64,000 bases of DNA from Oikopleura dioica (taxonomy: Eukaryota; Animalia; Chordata). Of this stretch, positions 12,401 through 23,321 are shown piece after piece. The notes below the pieces were generated by a model. That model saw nothing but the letters and a program-made list of their open reading frames with translations, did not search any database and was not told where the DNA came from. Location of the stretch: contig OU015568.1 in NCBI GenBank assembly GCA_907165135.1, forward strand, positions 372,001 to 436,000, written 5' to 3'. Every line of letters starts with the position of its first letter. The stretch's first letter is position 1. Both the position numbers and the translations under genes were made by a program.

Positions 12401-15400
12401 GCCAGGGACGGGGCTGAGACGGCCCGAAGGGCCGTCAAGCCCTTAATTTTAATCAGCCAGGGACGGGGCTGAGACGGCCCGAAGGGCCGTCAAGCCCCTT
12501 AATTTTAATCAGCCAGGGACGGGGCTGAGACGGCCCGAAGGGCCGTCAAGCCCTTAATTTTAATCAGCCAGGGACGGGGCTGAGACGGCCCGAAGGGCCG
12601 TTAAGCCCTTAATTTTAATCAGCCAGGGACGGGGCTGAGACGGCCCGAAGGGCCGTCAAGCCCCTTAATTTTAATCAGCCAGGGACGGGGCTGAGACGGC
12701 CCGAAGGGCCGTCAAGCCCCTTAATTTTAATCAGCCAGGGACGGGGCTGAGACGGCCCGAAGGGCCGTCAAGCCCCTTAATTTTAATCAGCCAGGGACGG
12801 GGCTGAGACGGCCCGAAGGGCCGTCAAGCCCCTTAATTTTAATCAGCCAGGGACGGGGCTGAGACGGCCCGAAGGGCCGTCAAGCCCTTAATTTTAATCA
12901 GCCAGGGACGGGGCTGAGACGGCCCGAAGGGCCGTCAAGCCCTTAATTTTAATCAGCCAGGGACGGGGCTGAGACGGCCCGAAGGGCCGTCAAGCCCCTT
13001 AATTTTAATCAGCCAGGGACGGGGCTGAGACGGCCCGAAGGGCCGTCAAGCCCCTTAATTTTAATCAGCCAGGGACGGGGCTGAGAGGTCTTCCAGCAGC
13101 TTTTGTCCTCCATGGGTCCTCCGAGGACTCATGTGATCATAAACATCTTATTTTTTTTATTTTTATGTATTTTTTGCTTGGTGCTGGAGATTCTTGGAAA
13201 CAGGAATCTTCTTCCAGCAATAGTTTGTTTTCCAGCAGAGTCCAAAAAAGGTCCTCCGGGTCATTCCTGATCAATCAAAAGGCGCAGCACTAAATTTTTT
13301 TTCTCAAAATGATCAGAACTCGCAGGCGCGTCGATTGAGCCTATTCTCTTGCTTGTAGCTCGGTGCGTTCAAAAGTTAGACCTTTGACGGGCTTAAAAAG
13401 GTTGAAAACCTTGAAATTTTTTTTCGAAAAAAATTTTTTGTATAGTTAGGGGGTCCACCGTGGGAAAATCGATTTTTTAAACATCCTTTTATAAGGATGA
13501 ATGATACATCGATGGAAAGCTTATGATCCACTGATCATTTTGACATATGACTTGAGGTCATCAGAGGTCACGTGAGGTCAGAAGGGGTCAAAATATGATT
13601 TTTCTCAACTTTCACGTAAAAAGAGTTTTGTTGCATGAATTTGATAGCTGATGATCACTGACCATAATTACGATCATAACAAGCTCCGAGGATCCATCCT
13701 GAACCATCAGAGCGAAAAAATGAGAAAATGAAAAAAATTTGAATTTTACTATCAAAATTTATTTGCTAGCAAAAAATTCCTTCCGAAGCTAATAATAACC
13801 ATAAAACGTTTACAATAAGAAAAAATAAGAATTTAACGAGTAAGGGAGCGGGTGGGGTTGGGGACAAAACTAAAAAATCATCAACCAAAGTCAAAAATCA
13901 AAGAACAACGGCCTTTGTCAAGCCCATTTTAAATAAAAAACCAGGGACGGGGCTGAGACGGCCCGAAGGGCCGTCAAGCCCATTTTAAATAAAAAGCCAG
14001 GGACGGGGCTGAGACGGCCCGAAGGGCCGTCAAGCCCATTTTAAATAAAAAGCCAGGGACGGGGCTGAGACGGCCCGAAGGGCCGTCAAGCCCATTTTAA
14101 ATAAAAAGCCAGGGACGGGGCTGAGACGGCCCGAAGGGCCGTCAAGCCCATTTTAAATAAAAAGCCAGGGACGGGGCTGAGACGGCCCGAAGGGCCGTCA
14201 AGCCCATTTTAAATAAAAAGCCAGGGACGGGGCTGAGACGGCCCGAAGGGCCGTCAAGCCCATTTTAAATAAAAAGCCAGGGACGGGGCTGAGACGGCCC
14301 GAAGGGCCGTCAAGCCCATTTTAAATAAAAGCCAGGGACGGGGCTGAGACGGCCCGAAGGGCCGTCAAGCCCATTTTAAATAAAAAGCCAGGGACGGGGC
14401 TGAGACGGCCCGAAGGGCCGTCAAGCCCATTTTAAATAAAAAGCCAGGGACGGGGCTGAGACGGCCCGAAGGGCCGTCAAGCCCATTTTAAATAAAAAGC
14501 CAGGGACGGGGCTGAGACGGCCCGAAGGGCCGTCAAGCCCATTTTAAATAAAAAGCCAGGGACGGGGCTGAGACGGCCCGAAGGGCCGTCAAGCCCATTT
14601 TAAATAAAAAGCCAGGGACGGGGCTGAGACGGCCCGAAGGGCCGTCAAGCCCATTTTAAATAAAAAGCCAGGGACGGGGCTGAGACGGCCCGAAGGGCCG
14701 TCAAGCCCATTTTAAATAAAAGCCAGGGACGGGGCTGAGACGGCCCGAAGGGCCGTCAAGCCCATTTTAAATAAAAAGCCAGGGACGGGGCTGAGACGGC
14801 CCGAAGGGCCGTCAAGCCCATTTTAAATAAAAAGCCAGGGACGGGGCTGAGACGGCCCGAAGGGCCGTCAAGCCCATTTTAAATAAAAGCCAGGGACGGG
14901 GCTGAGACGGCCCGAAGGGCCGTCAAGCCCATTTTAAATAAAAAGCCAGGGACGGGGCTGAGACGGCCCGAAGGGCCGTCAAGCCCATTTTAAATAAAAA
15001 GCCAGGGACGGGGCTGAGACGGCCCGAAGGGCCGTCAAGCCCATTTTAAATAAAAAGCCAGGGACGGGGCTGAGACGGCCCGAAGGGCCGTCAAGCCCAT
15101 TTTAAATAAAAAGCCAGGGACGGGGCTGAGACGGCCCGACCATTTTTGATGAGAAATTTTTGCTCTACCAGCAAGGTTCTTCCATCAGAAGAGTCCTCCG
15201 GAGGACGACGATGAGTCATTGATATCACATGACTTATTTTTTTTTTTCAAAAGATTATTATTCTAGACCGGAATAACGCGAAAAAATGAATAAAAAAAGT
15301 GTCATCGTCGGGAATCGAACACCTCAGATTTGACAGGGTGGCGATTTGAGAGAAAGAATCGGCTCTAGAATTTTTTGCACACGAGTGCACAACACGATTC

Positions 15401-18392
15401 ACCTATCAGATTATAGCATTTTACCTGTAGATTACAATGATATTGGTTTCCAATTGGAGTCTTTTGGAACATTTTTTTAAAACGCAAAAAAGTGCAAGCT
15501 CGAGCCTAAAATTGAATTTTAAGGGATGAAATAGGGATTTTCGGGGGTTGTCATAATGAAAAAGAATGATCCTCAGCATCAAAGGAAGCCATTCCATCAA
15601 TTATTTTTCACATTTAAGAAGGTTTAAATTCACGGAATTTTCCCACGGTGGACCCCCTATGTATAGTACTTTACCATGATATAGAATCATGCCAGGTGTT
15701 AACTCAATAGCATTATTAGGAAAAAAGTTGATTATTTTGTAAGTTTGCCCTGATTCATTGTTGCACTGGACGAACTTGCCCTTTCTCTTGCATTCCTTGA
15801 GGGCGCTGTTGTAGTCGTATCCGTCCTGGACCTAGAGAAATGATTTAATAATTTGAATCTGAGTTCCTTCTAAAATACAATCGGTAAATTCATATTGAAA
15901 AGCCGCAAAGCGCCTTTGCCAAAATAGATTCTAAGGAAAGATCGAAGTTTCGATTTTCTATTAAGTTTGCATTTTACAACTCTAAGGGTTAGGGCCTAAC
16001 CCTAACCTGAGGAGTCTCTTGGTTTCAACTAAAACTTACGTCACAGATAAGGCAGGATCCAGGATCATCTCGAATAAGCGAATTCTTCCCTCGATTTTCC
16101 TCAGTAGCGTTTCCAAGAGCAACACCGAACTCGTCGTAGTAGTAGGAGAATGAGTCATCGACGGTGTTCAAGGAGTCGACTTCCTGGGCGAGAGCGGCTC
16201 CGGCGAAGAAAAAGTAAAAAGCTTCATTTTTCAAAATCGATGACAAGATTTTTGGGGAAAATCTGTAGTTGTTCCTTCTCGCTAGTATTTAGCGAGTGAT
16301 GATTTTTGCGAACTTGGCGCTCGGTTTTATAGTCCAGGGTTCATCGGGCCGGTTTGTGATAACGCTCATATCGCAATGCCGGTTTCAAGGGTCGTGATTG
16401 ACGTAGCGGATTAGAAAGTTTTTTTCGTATTAATGATGCATGTTTTGGCGAATAGTGGAGATAGGTGGAGATAGAATAAGTGAAGAAAGGAGACTCTGAG
16501 CGACCCTGGCCCTGAGAGTCGCTCAATGTGGAGCGCCAAAACTTGGAGTTCGTCTTCTCGATTCTGTGATTGGCTGAATCCCTGCATTTCCGCAGAAATT
16601 TTCGAGATTCTTCTGAAGCGCCCAGCACGCGCGAAGGAAAATTTTTAGACTTCCCCGCGAGTGATATGCGCGGAAAACGGGGATGGGGACCCGGGGGCTT
16701 TCTCCACATAGAACTCAACTCTATGGTAACATTTACCTCGACCTAGCCCCTAACCCTGGTCCTAGATAATCGACTTCAGAATGGCCAAATTTTGAAGCAG
16801 CTTTCTCCTCAAATAAATATTTATATGTTACAGTTTATAACTTATAAACTATCATCAACCGCCATAGTTTGCGTGGATTACAAGAGCCTTACTGTCTATC
16901 CTTACAGGACTATTCAAGTGCTCCTGCTTTCATTCAGCGGCTTTGAGATTAATAAACATTCAGCAAGCTTGAGCTTCAAGGAGGGAAACTCTGGCTAATT
17001 AAATCACATATTTTTTGACAAGAGAATTCTAACGCTCATATTCTAGCATCGCTGTCTTTGCTCCCGACAAAGATTCAGCCTTCGTTACCGACGCGATCAG
17101 TTCAATGCGCAAATGCTGGCCCCAGATTCGCGATAAAGTCACGTTTCATCTCGTCTACCCAGGGGTCTAAATTCGCAGTGCGAATTCGCTTTATTGCGAA
17201 GCGATGCGAAGCGAAGCGAATTCGTAAAGTTAAGTATAGTTACTGATATTTTGTAATTTTCTGCCCCAAAATAGGTTTTTGAAATCATCTTCGCTTTTGA
17301 GTGGCTGATAGCTATAGATTCTTGCCAGAGAATGCGTTTCAATTCAAGCGAAAAAATCTTCGCTTTTTTTCGCAATTTTTAATGATATTTCGCTTCGCTC
17401 TCGCTTCGAACATGGGCGAAAAATTCGCTTCGCTTTCGCTTCGCAGAAAATTTGAAAAAAAGGTTCGCTTTCGCTTCGCTTTCGCACTAGGATTTCGGCT
17501 GATATTTTGACCCCTGGTCTACCCGATCGGCCATACATCGGACGTTTCTTCCTCCGCCGGTGGTTTAGAATTCAATGACTGCAACGAGCTAGTCGATATC
17601 ATCTCCAAATTCGGTGGCGACGACGGAGGCAACTACAAAGGCGACATTCCCTATCCTCACAATGTCTTGAGAAACGTTGCGATAAAAGCTTCCGCGACGA
17701 AGTTTACATTTCTCATCGACATTGATGTCCTGCCTAATGAGTTTATCAGGGAGAGATTTAACAAAATGGCGGTTAGTAAAGGATATTACGAGGAGGATTT
17801 TAATGAAAACGTGGTTTTTGTTGTGCCATGTTTTGAGATGCAAAAAGGAAAGTTCCCACTACAAATGCCCAATTTTTAAACGGGGAAGTAGAGAGAACTC
17901 AAAAAAGGCTACGCTCGATCAAAGAACAAAAAACACCTTCTCGAAGATTTCGGAAAAGGCCTCATCCGACCATTCCACAACGAGTCCTGCTGGTGGTGCC
18001 ATTCGCCCGAGGAGCACCCCCACTGGTTGGATATCCCTCTCCGAAAAAGCGACCAGTCGAAAATCGTCTTCAACGCGACATGGAACAAGAATTGGGAGCC
18101 ATTTTACATTGGCTCAAAAGATGTGCCACTTTTTGATGAGAGATTCAAACAATATGGCTTTGATCGACAGCAGCAGATTTGCGAGCTATTCACTGCGGGG
18201 TATACTTTTTCCGTGCTTGACGATGCCTTTTTGGTTCACGATGTGAGTCCCTTGTCGAATGATAAAGAGTACTGTCAATTCTAGGGCTGGAAATTTCCTC
18301 ACGCTGCCGCTCGATTGGAAGAGACCTACAGAAATTGGGTTTTGTTCAATTTTCACTACCAGGAATGGCTTCACTACTTTTCAAGTAGATAA
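9424..18392 (+). CDS. B4GAT1: GT49 family beta-1,4-glucuronyltransferase-like (B4GAT1/LARGE C-terminal type); 7.2-kb intron 9868-17046; one exon interrupted by a MITE
   Basis: Type II TM anchor; DVTLASQCS..LLERWSGPMSIAVF, FHLVYP, YPHNVLRNVA, LIDIDVLP, VFVVPCFE, IRPFH..C..CH, WEPFY, PLFDERFKQYGFDR.QQICEL..AGY.F.VL..AFLVH. Confidence 0.88.
10871..13086. repeat. Tandem array 1: 56-bp unit, about 40 copies
   Basis: Unit GTCAAGCCCCTTAATTTTAATCAGCCAGGGACGGGGCTGAGACGGCCCGAAGGGCC; variation is almost only C3 vs C4. Confidence 0.98.
13447..15659. mobile_element. hAT-like non-autonomous element B carrying satellite array 2
   Basis: TIR TAGGGGGTCCACCGTGGGAAAAT / ATTTTCCCACGGTGGACCCCCTA; exact 8-bp TSD TGTATAGT at 13439-13446 and 15660-15667. 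Confidence 0.92.
13917..15139. repeat. Tandem array 2: 56-bp unit, about 22 copies
   Basis: Unit GTCAAGCCCATTTTAAATAAAAAGCCAGGGACGGGGCTGAGACGGCCCGAAGGGCC; same GC part as array 1, different AT core. Confidence 0.98.
17160..17516. mobile_element. hAT-like MITE inserted in a B4GAT1-like coding exon
   Basis: Termini CAGGGGTC / GACCCCTG; GTCTACC(C) duplicated on both sides; interior rich in TTCGCT repeats. Removal restores HLVYPIGHTSDV. Confidence 0.87.
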
Positions 18393-19140
18393 AGTAAGGT
18401 TAGCTTAGGGTTAAGATTCGAGCAGTGTTTGAAAAAAGCCTTAGAATCGAATGGTCGGACGAGCGCGGGCGCGAAGGGTCCGATTGTTTGGAAGGGCGGA
18501 TGAGAGCGGGCACGTAGAGGCCAGATTTTGGGATGGGCGGATGTGCGCGGGCACCCTCCCGCGCTCGCCCGCTCACCCTCCCGGGGCGCTAAATTCTACT
18601 CAAAGAAAACCAACCGGAAGACGCGTAGAATCAGCCAAAACCGACCAAAACAGAGTTGGAAATTAGTAGGGTAGTACGTGTAGAAATGGAGTAAATTTCT
18701 TCATCGGGTGGTAGTAATGGTAGTATGTTGTAGGATTCTCCCTTTTCGTATTATCTATACCGTATGTTGCATACGGTATGACCGTTGAAATAAATTGCAC
18801 CACCATAAACTTTATGGCATAAAGCACGTCTATGCGAAATTGCCTTTTCAATTGAACTTCAAATTCTGCCGAAGCCGATCCGCGGCTTTTCATCAGAGAT
18901 CTTCTTCATCAGGTTTTATACAAAGATTGCAGAGCTACTACCAAAATGAAATGAAACTAATATTCTCTAGAAAATTATTTTTCAAGCTGTTTTTCTAGCA
19001 GATCTCAATAAAGAATAAGAGAGAGTAGGTATTATAGCCGCTATAATTTATAGCCTACATTGTAGGCCCTACAAAATTATCTTTTGTCAATTATTTGAAA
19101 TGTTATTTGATCTTCTATGCTGCGCTTTGATTTATAAAAT

Positions 19141-20806
19141 TTATGTACAGTAAAATTCATCGACAGGTAAAACGATCGGACGATGAAATTCGCTCCAGTG
19201 ATTGTTGACGACTTCTGCCGAGGCAATTTGTTCTCCATCCCATTCCAGTTTTTCCACAGCATAACTTAGTTTAATAATTTTTGTTGATTCATAAAAATAA
19301 CATACGGTTCATTTCTGCCGCTAACAAGATAAATCGTATTTCCGATTCGCGCTGCGGAGGAATACAAATGCTAAAGTTAAATTTTAGGATGGCTGAATTT
19401 GATAAAATTCTTACATATTCGTTGAGCTGGCCAACAACAGTCCATTCTAAGTCGCGTAGTAAATAAACATCTTTTAAGCTGTGAGATTCCTCATTTTCTT
19501 CGTATTTCCCTCCGAGGACAAGAAAGCCGTCGTAAACTCCAATGCAGGAATGCATGAAAATTGCTCTTCAAATCATAATTTAAAGATATTTAAACCAATT
19601 TACTTTGGAAAATCTGGTAATTCTGACCAAGAATCGCCATTGAATTCCTCCACTTTCTTGTAGGCGTCAGAAACCCAGGAGCCGACTGCGACTGCGTGAT
19701 CGTGGTAGAGCGCCAAACAAGAATTTCTATGATAATATTTCGTCGCCGGTTTTATTGAAACAGCGCTGCCGTTGAATTCTTCGCAGTTTCTCCATTCTTT
19801 TTCGTCAAAGCAAATCAATGCTAAAGATATATTATTTTAAATTATATTGCTCTTAGTCTACCTGATTGTTGATCTGCTGCCGTTACAACAGCAGCATTCC
19901 AGTAATAGTGATTGTTGAGTTTTACATCTAACTCCTCAATTTCACAGTCGTTAATCATCGCGATCTAATTTTCATGGAATGAAGACTTCATAAACTAACA
20001 CTTACATGAAAATCATTTTCATTTACTCCACCAAAGATGTAGACTTTTCCGCGAATCAAAGCAGAGTACGAAAGGTAAAGGTAGTGAGAAGTGTAAGAAG
20101 GCATTTTGATTGTCAGAGGACTCTTGCTTCCATCTGATTTGAGAACATAGCTCAGAAACACTGTTTGAGAGTCCAATCCAGAAAGAACCATCAATGAGCG
20201 ACCGCTTTTGAGTTCTTCGATCTCTTTTTGAAGCCGGAGAGTATCTATGTTCTTTATTAAATTGCACTGGGTGAAAGGCGGCCAGGTTCTGCAGCAGAAC
20301 CTGATTCCGTAAGTTCAAATTCTGGTTCTGCAGTCAGGATTTTTTTTTACTCCACGTCTTTTGTCTTGAAGTTTCTTCAAGATAATTACAAGTCAGAACG
20401 TGGAGGCTCCAGCCACATTTATGCTAGCCTTGTTGAACGTACTGATTCTGAGGTAAAATTCAAATAATATGAATTAAAAACTCTGACTTTAGAACCCGGT
20501 TCTAACACAATTACCGGAAGCTTTAGTAATGGTAGAATCGTCCTGCGAATCGGAATGAGCATTCATTTTCGAAAGAATCAAAGGCGTGATGATTCCGTGG
20601 ATTGTCAGAAGAGCGACCGCAATCTTCAAAATCAGCGAAAGACCTTTTAGTTTATTCAGGCACGATTTTTTATCCTTTTTCTCTTTTTTCTCCTTCTTTT
20701 CTGCTGGGCTGTTCACTTGATTACTGACGTTGACTACGACGTTCAACGGAACAGTTGAAGGGTCTTCTGAACTCTCTTGCTTTTTAAAACTTAATTTTCC
20801 CTTCAT
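19141..20806 (-). CDS. Membrane-anchored kelch-like beta-propeller protein, multi-exon; exon 1/2 junction uncertain
   Basis: Lys-rich N-terminus plus TM segment (LILKIAVALLTIHGIITPLIL), short coil, then SALIRGKVYIFGG, LICF..C..FNG, LALYHDHAVAVGS, W..LPDFP, FLVLGG..VYLL..WTVVGQL; ends RPIVLPVDEFYCT*. Confidence 0.78.
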
Positions 20807-21231
20807 TTCAAGAGTTTTTACGATTTATCTTTTGCTGCTGACCGTTTTGCATGAGTCGGCATTGAAGAGGTAAATATATGATTGCAGAGTAAATATCATT
20901 TCCAGAATATGAGTAATTTCTCGAACTTTTCGTAAAAGACTTTTCAGACCCTGACTCAGATTTTATTCAAAGATTGCTGAACCGGATGTAAGGCGGCAGC
21001 GGTACAAAATTTGTACCGGTGGTTTTTAATGAAAAGAAGGTCTTTGATCATGATGGTAGTAAACTGTTAACTTTTTTTTAGTAATTGTACGTAGTAGCAG
21101 TTTTTTGGAGCCGCGGTAGTAATCTTGAAGCGGTGTTTCTGATGGTAGTAATGGCAGTATGTAGTAGCAACATGTTACTACATTTCCAACTCTGGACCAA
21201 AAAGCCCACCACCCACCGACCAACAAAGAAA

Positions 21232-21392
21232 ACGGACTTAATCTACACAGAAAAGGGACTTATTTTACATAGAATAATGACTTATTTTACATAGTCTATG
21301 TAACATAGAAAATAAACGATTTCCTATTTTTCTGTGTAAAATGAGTCCCAATTTTGTGTAAGTCCTTGTTCTGTGTAAAATGAGTCCGTTTT
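21232..21392. repeat. Small foldback element
   Basis: ACGGACTTAATCTACACAGAA and GGACTTATTTTACATAG on the left are inverted relative to CTGTGTAAAATGAGTCC (twice) on the right. Confidence 0.6.
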
Positions 21393-22041
21393 ACTTGATA
21401 ATACCCTGTCCAATCACATGCACTCATGGGCGAGGGGCGAGCATGGCAGGGGAGGGCGGGCGAGCGGGGGAGCACGAGCGGTACGTGCGCGTGCGAGCAG
21501 TATGAGGCTTGATTTTTTGATGGGCGGATGAGTGCGGGCAAAATTTGTCAAAATTTTAGCTGGTCGGATGGACGAGCGCGCCCGCCCGCGCCCCGCTCGC
21601 CCGCTCGCAGCCCGCGCACTTTTTTTTTCAAACACTGGGTTCGAGAAAGAAGCCTTGAAAAAAGCAAACCTTGATGAAAATATACGATGATCCAAAAAGC
21701 TGCAACCCAGTCGAAACCTGGTTTCCTCGCTGGCCAAAGCAAAAAGAAGGGGTTAGAAATCGAAAGATTCCTTTCAAGAAAAATTTTTTCAAAGACGAAG
21801 GCTACATTCCTCCATCAAAACGATTTGGAAATAAAAAACCGCTTTTCTGATTACTATTAAAATGATCTTACGTGAATTTTCAATTTCTATTCTTTTACTT
21901 ATAAACTCATTTATATTTTGTTCTATTATCCTGCCAAAATTTATTTGTAACACTCTATGTAATAAACTCTTGTACAATATTCGATGACGCGAAAAGTGCA
22001 TTTATGAAAAAATATAATAAGAACCCGATAAAAACCCGAGA

Positions 22042-22400
22042 CAGAGTTCCAAATTCAGCCTTTCACCTTCACCCACGGGTGTGGTGAAAAAAAAATCACC
22101 CAAACCTCACCTTTAGGTGAATTAAGGTGAAAGCCGATATTCAAAAAAATAAGTGAGGTGAGGGGGGTGAGGTGAAAATTTTTCACCAAATTTCACGTAA
22201 AGGTGAATTGGGGTGAAAGCCGATTTTCGAAAATTTTAGGTAAGGTGATGGGAACTGAAAAATTTTCACCGTATTTCACCTCAAAGTGAAATTTGGTGAA
22301 AGCCGGCTTTTGAAAATTTTAGGTGAGGTGAGTTAAAAATTTTTCACCTTCACCCACCTTCACCTAGGTGAAACTTGTGTGAGGTGAATTTGGACTTCTG
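22042..22400. mobile_element. hAT-like MITE with GGTGAA/TTCACC subterminal repeats
   Basis: Termini CAGAGTTCCAAATTCA / TGAATTTGGACTTCTG; flanks ACCCGAGA vs AGCCGACA (6/8). Confidence 0.7.
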
Positions 22401-23321
22401 AGCCGACACCCGTACTCTAAACGTTTTCGGAAGAAAACGCCATCCATAATTGTCCATAATTTATGGATAAAGATGAACATTAGAGTTGACCCGAATTGTC
22501 CAAAATCGTAATCGAATTCGCCGGTCGGTGAAAACGTGCTCCAAAATGTTTTTATTCAATTAACGCTACATTTGACGTCGCGGGCAAATTTAGCAAAGTC
22601 TAATTTCCATTTTTCGAGTTTCCAAACCGCAAAAAGGTAAAACATTTGTTTGTAAATCTGGCGAATTAAAAAATGATGATCTTTGCGCCGATGTTAACAA
22701 AAAATAACCCGTCACGTGACTTTTTATTGTTTTTTTAACACCCTGACCCAGGTTTTCACGACAATGAACAAAAATTGAGAGCCTTTTTGCGACGCAAATT
22801 TTTGGACTAAACCAATTAAGGGAAGTGAATTTTTTGGATAACCAATAAGATTGCTGAATTTGGCCTACCGGCCAATCAAAACCCTGATCCATAAAATCAT
22901 TTCCATTAATCGGTTGAGCCCGAATTTTTGACAAATTTCGAGTCACTCGCCTAGAAAGGAACTTGAAATTTAAAATTAAGGATAAAAAAATTCGCCATTA
23001 TTAAAATTTGCGGACCTCAATCATAATCGAAATAAGTGAATATGCGCGCAGAAATGTAAAAAGCTACGAAAATTTTCAAAATTACCGAGAAAGACAAAGC
23101 TTTGATTCATTTTTTCGATTTTTTTTTTTGCTGATTTTAATTTTCTCTTCTGAAAAATAGACAAATTTGAAAAAGTAGACAGACTTAGAAAATAGACTGA
23201 AAATGAATCAAAACATGTTCTATATCTTGGAGCAATTTTAATCGTTAATATTGTTAATCCATCTCCTTTATAAACGGAATTTTCCAACATCGATCCATCA
23301 TTTACCTCGATATTGAAGAAA

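Larger units (their letters stand above)
10254..15752. mobile_element. Composite hAT-like non-autonomous element A with long imperfect inverted arms, satellite array 1 and nested element B
   Basis: Termini TAGGGTAAACTTACAAAA / TTTTGTAAGTTTGCCCTG. Flanks ATCATTGT vs ATTCATTGT (8-bp TSD with a 1-nt indel). Subterminal arms about 10410-10695 and 13087-13375 are inverted copies. Confidence 0.8.
9915..16227 (-). pseudogene. Nested antisense gene for a secreted Cys-rich protein, exon 2 split by a 5.5-kb insertion (probably a disrupted allele)
   Basis: Exons 16227-16040, 15831-15753 plus 10253-10092, and 10051-9915 read ...CLICDVQDGYDYNSALKECKRKGKFVQCNN|DAGATPNWNLCELTERR...CNQQSAC..QC..STCRQCF once the insertion is removed. 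The signal peptide needs +1 T at about 16210. Confidence 0.75.
18423..21637. mobile_element. hAT-like element (3.2 kb) enclosing a host-type gene
   Basis: 15-bp TIR CAGTGTTTGAAAAAA / TTTTTTCAAACACTG; flanks GATTCGAG vs GGTTCGAG (7/8); GC-rich GAGCGCG/GGGCGG subterminal blocks at both ends. Confidence 0.72.

Noticed and set aside
10871-15139. CRISPR array (palindromic repeat plus AT-rich spacer)
   Set aside because: The spacers are identical within each array, there are no cas genes, and the context is eukaryotic and transposon-bounded.
18663-18998. Transposase remnant inside the 18423-21637 element
   Set aside because: The short ORFs show no recognisable hAT DDE, BED finger or dimerisation motif.
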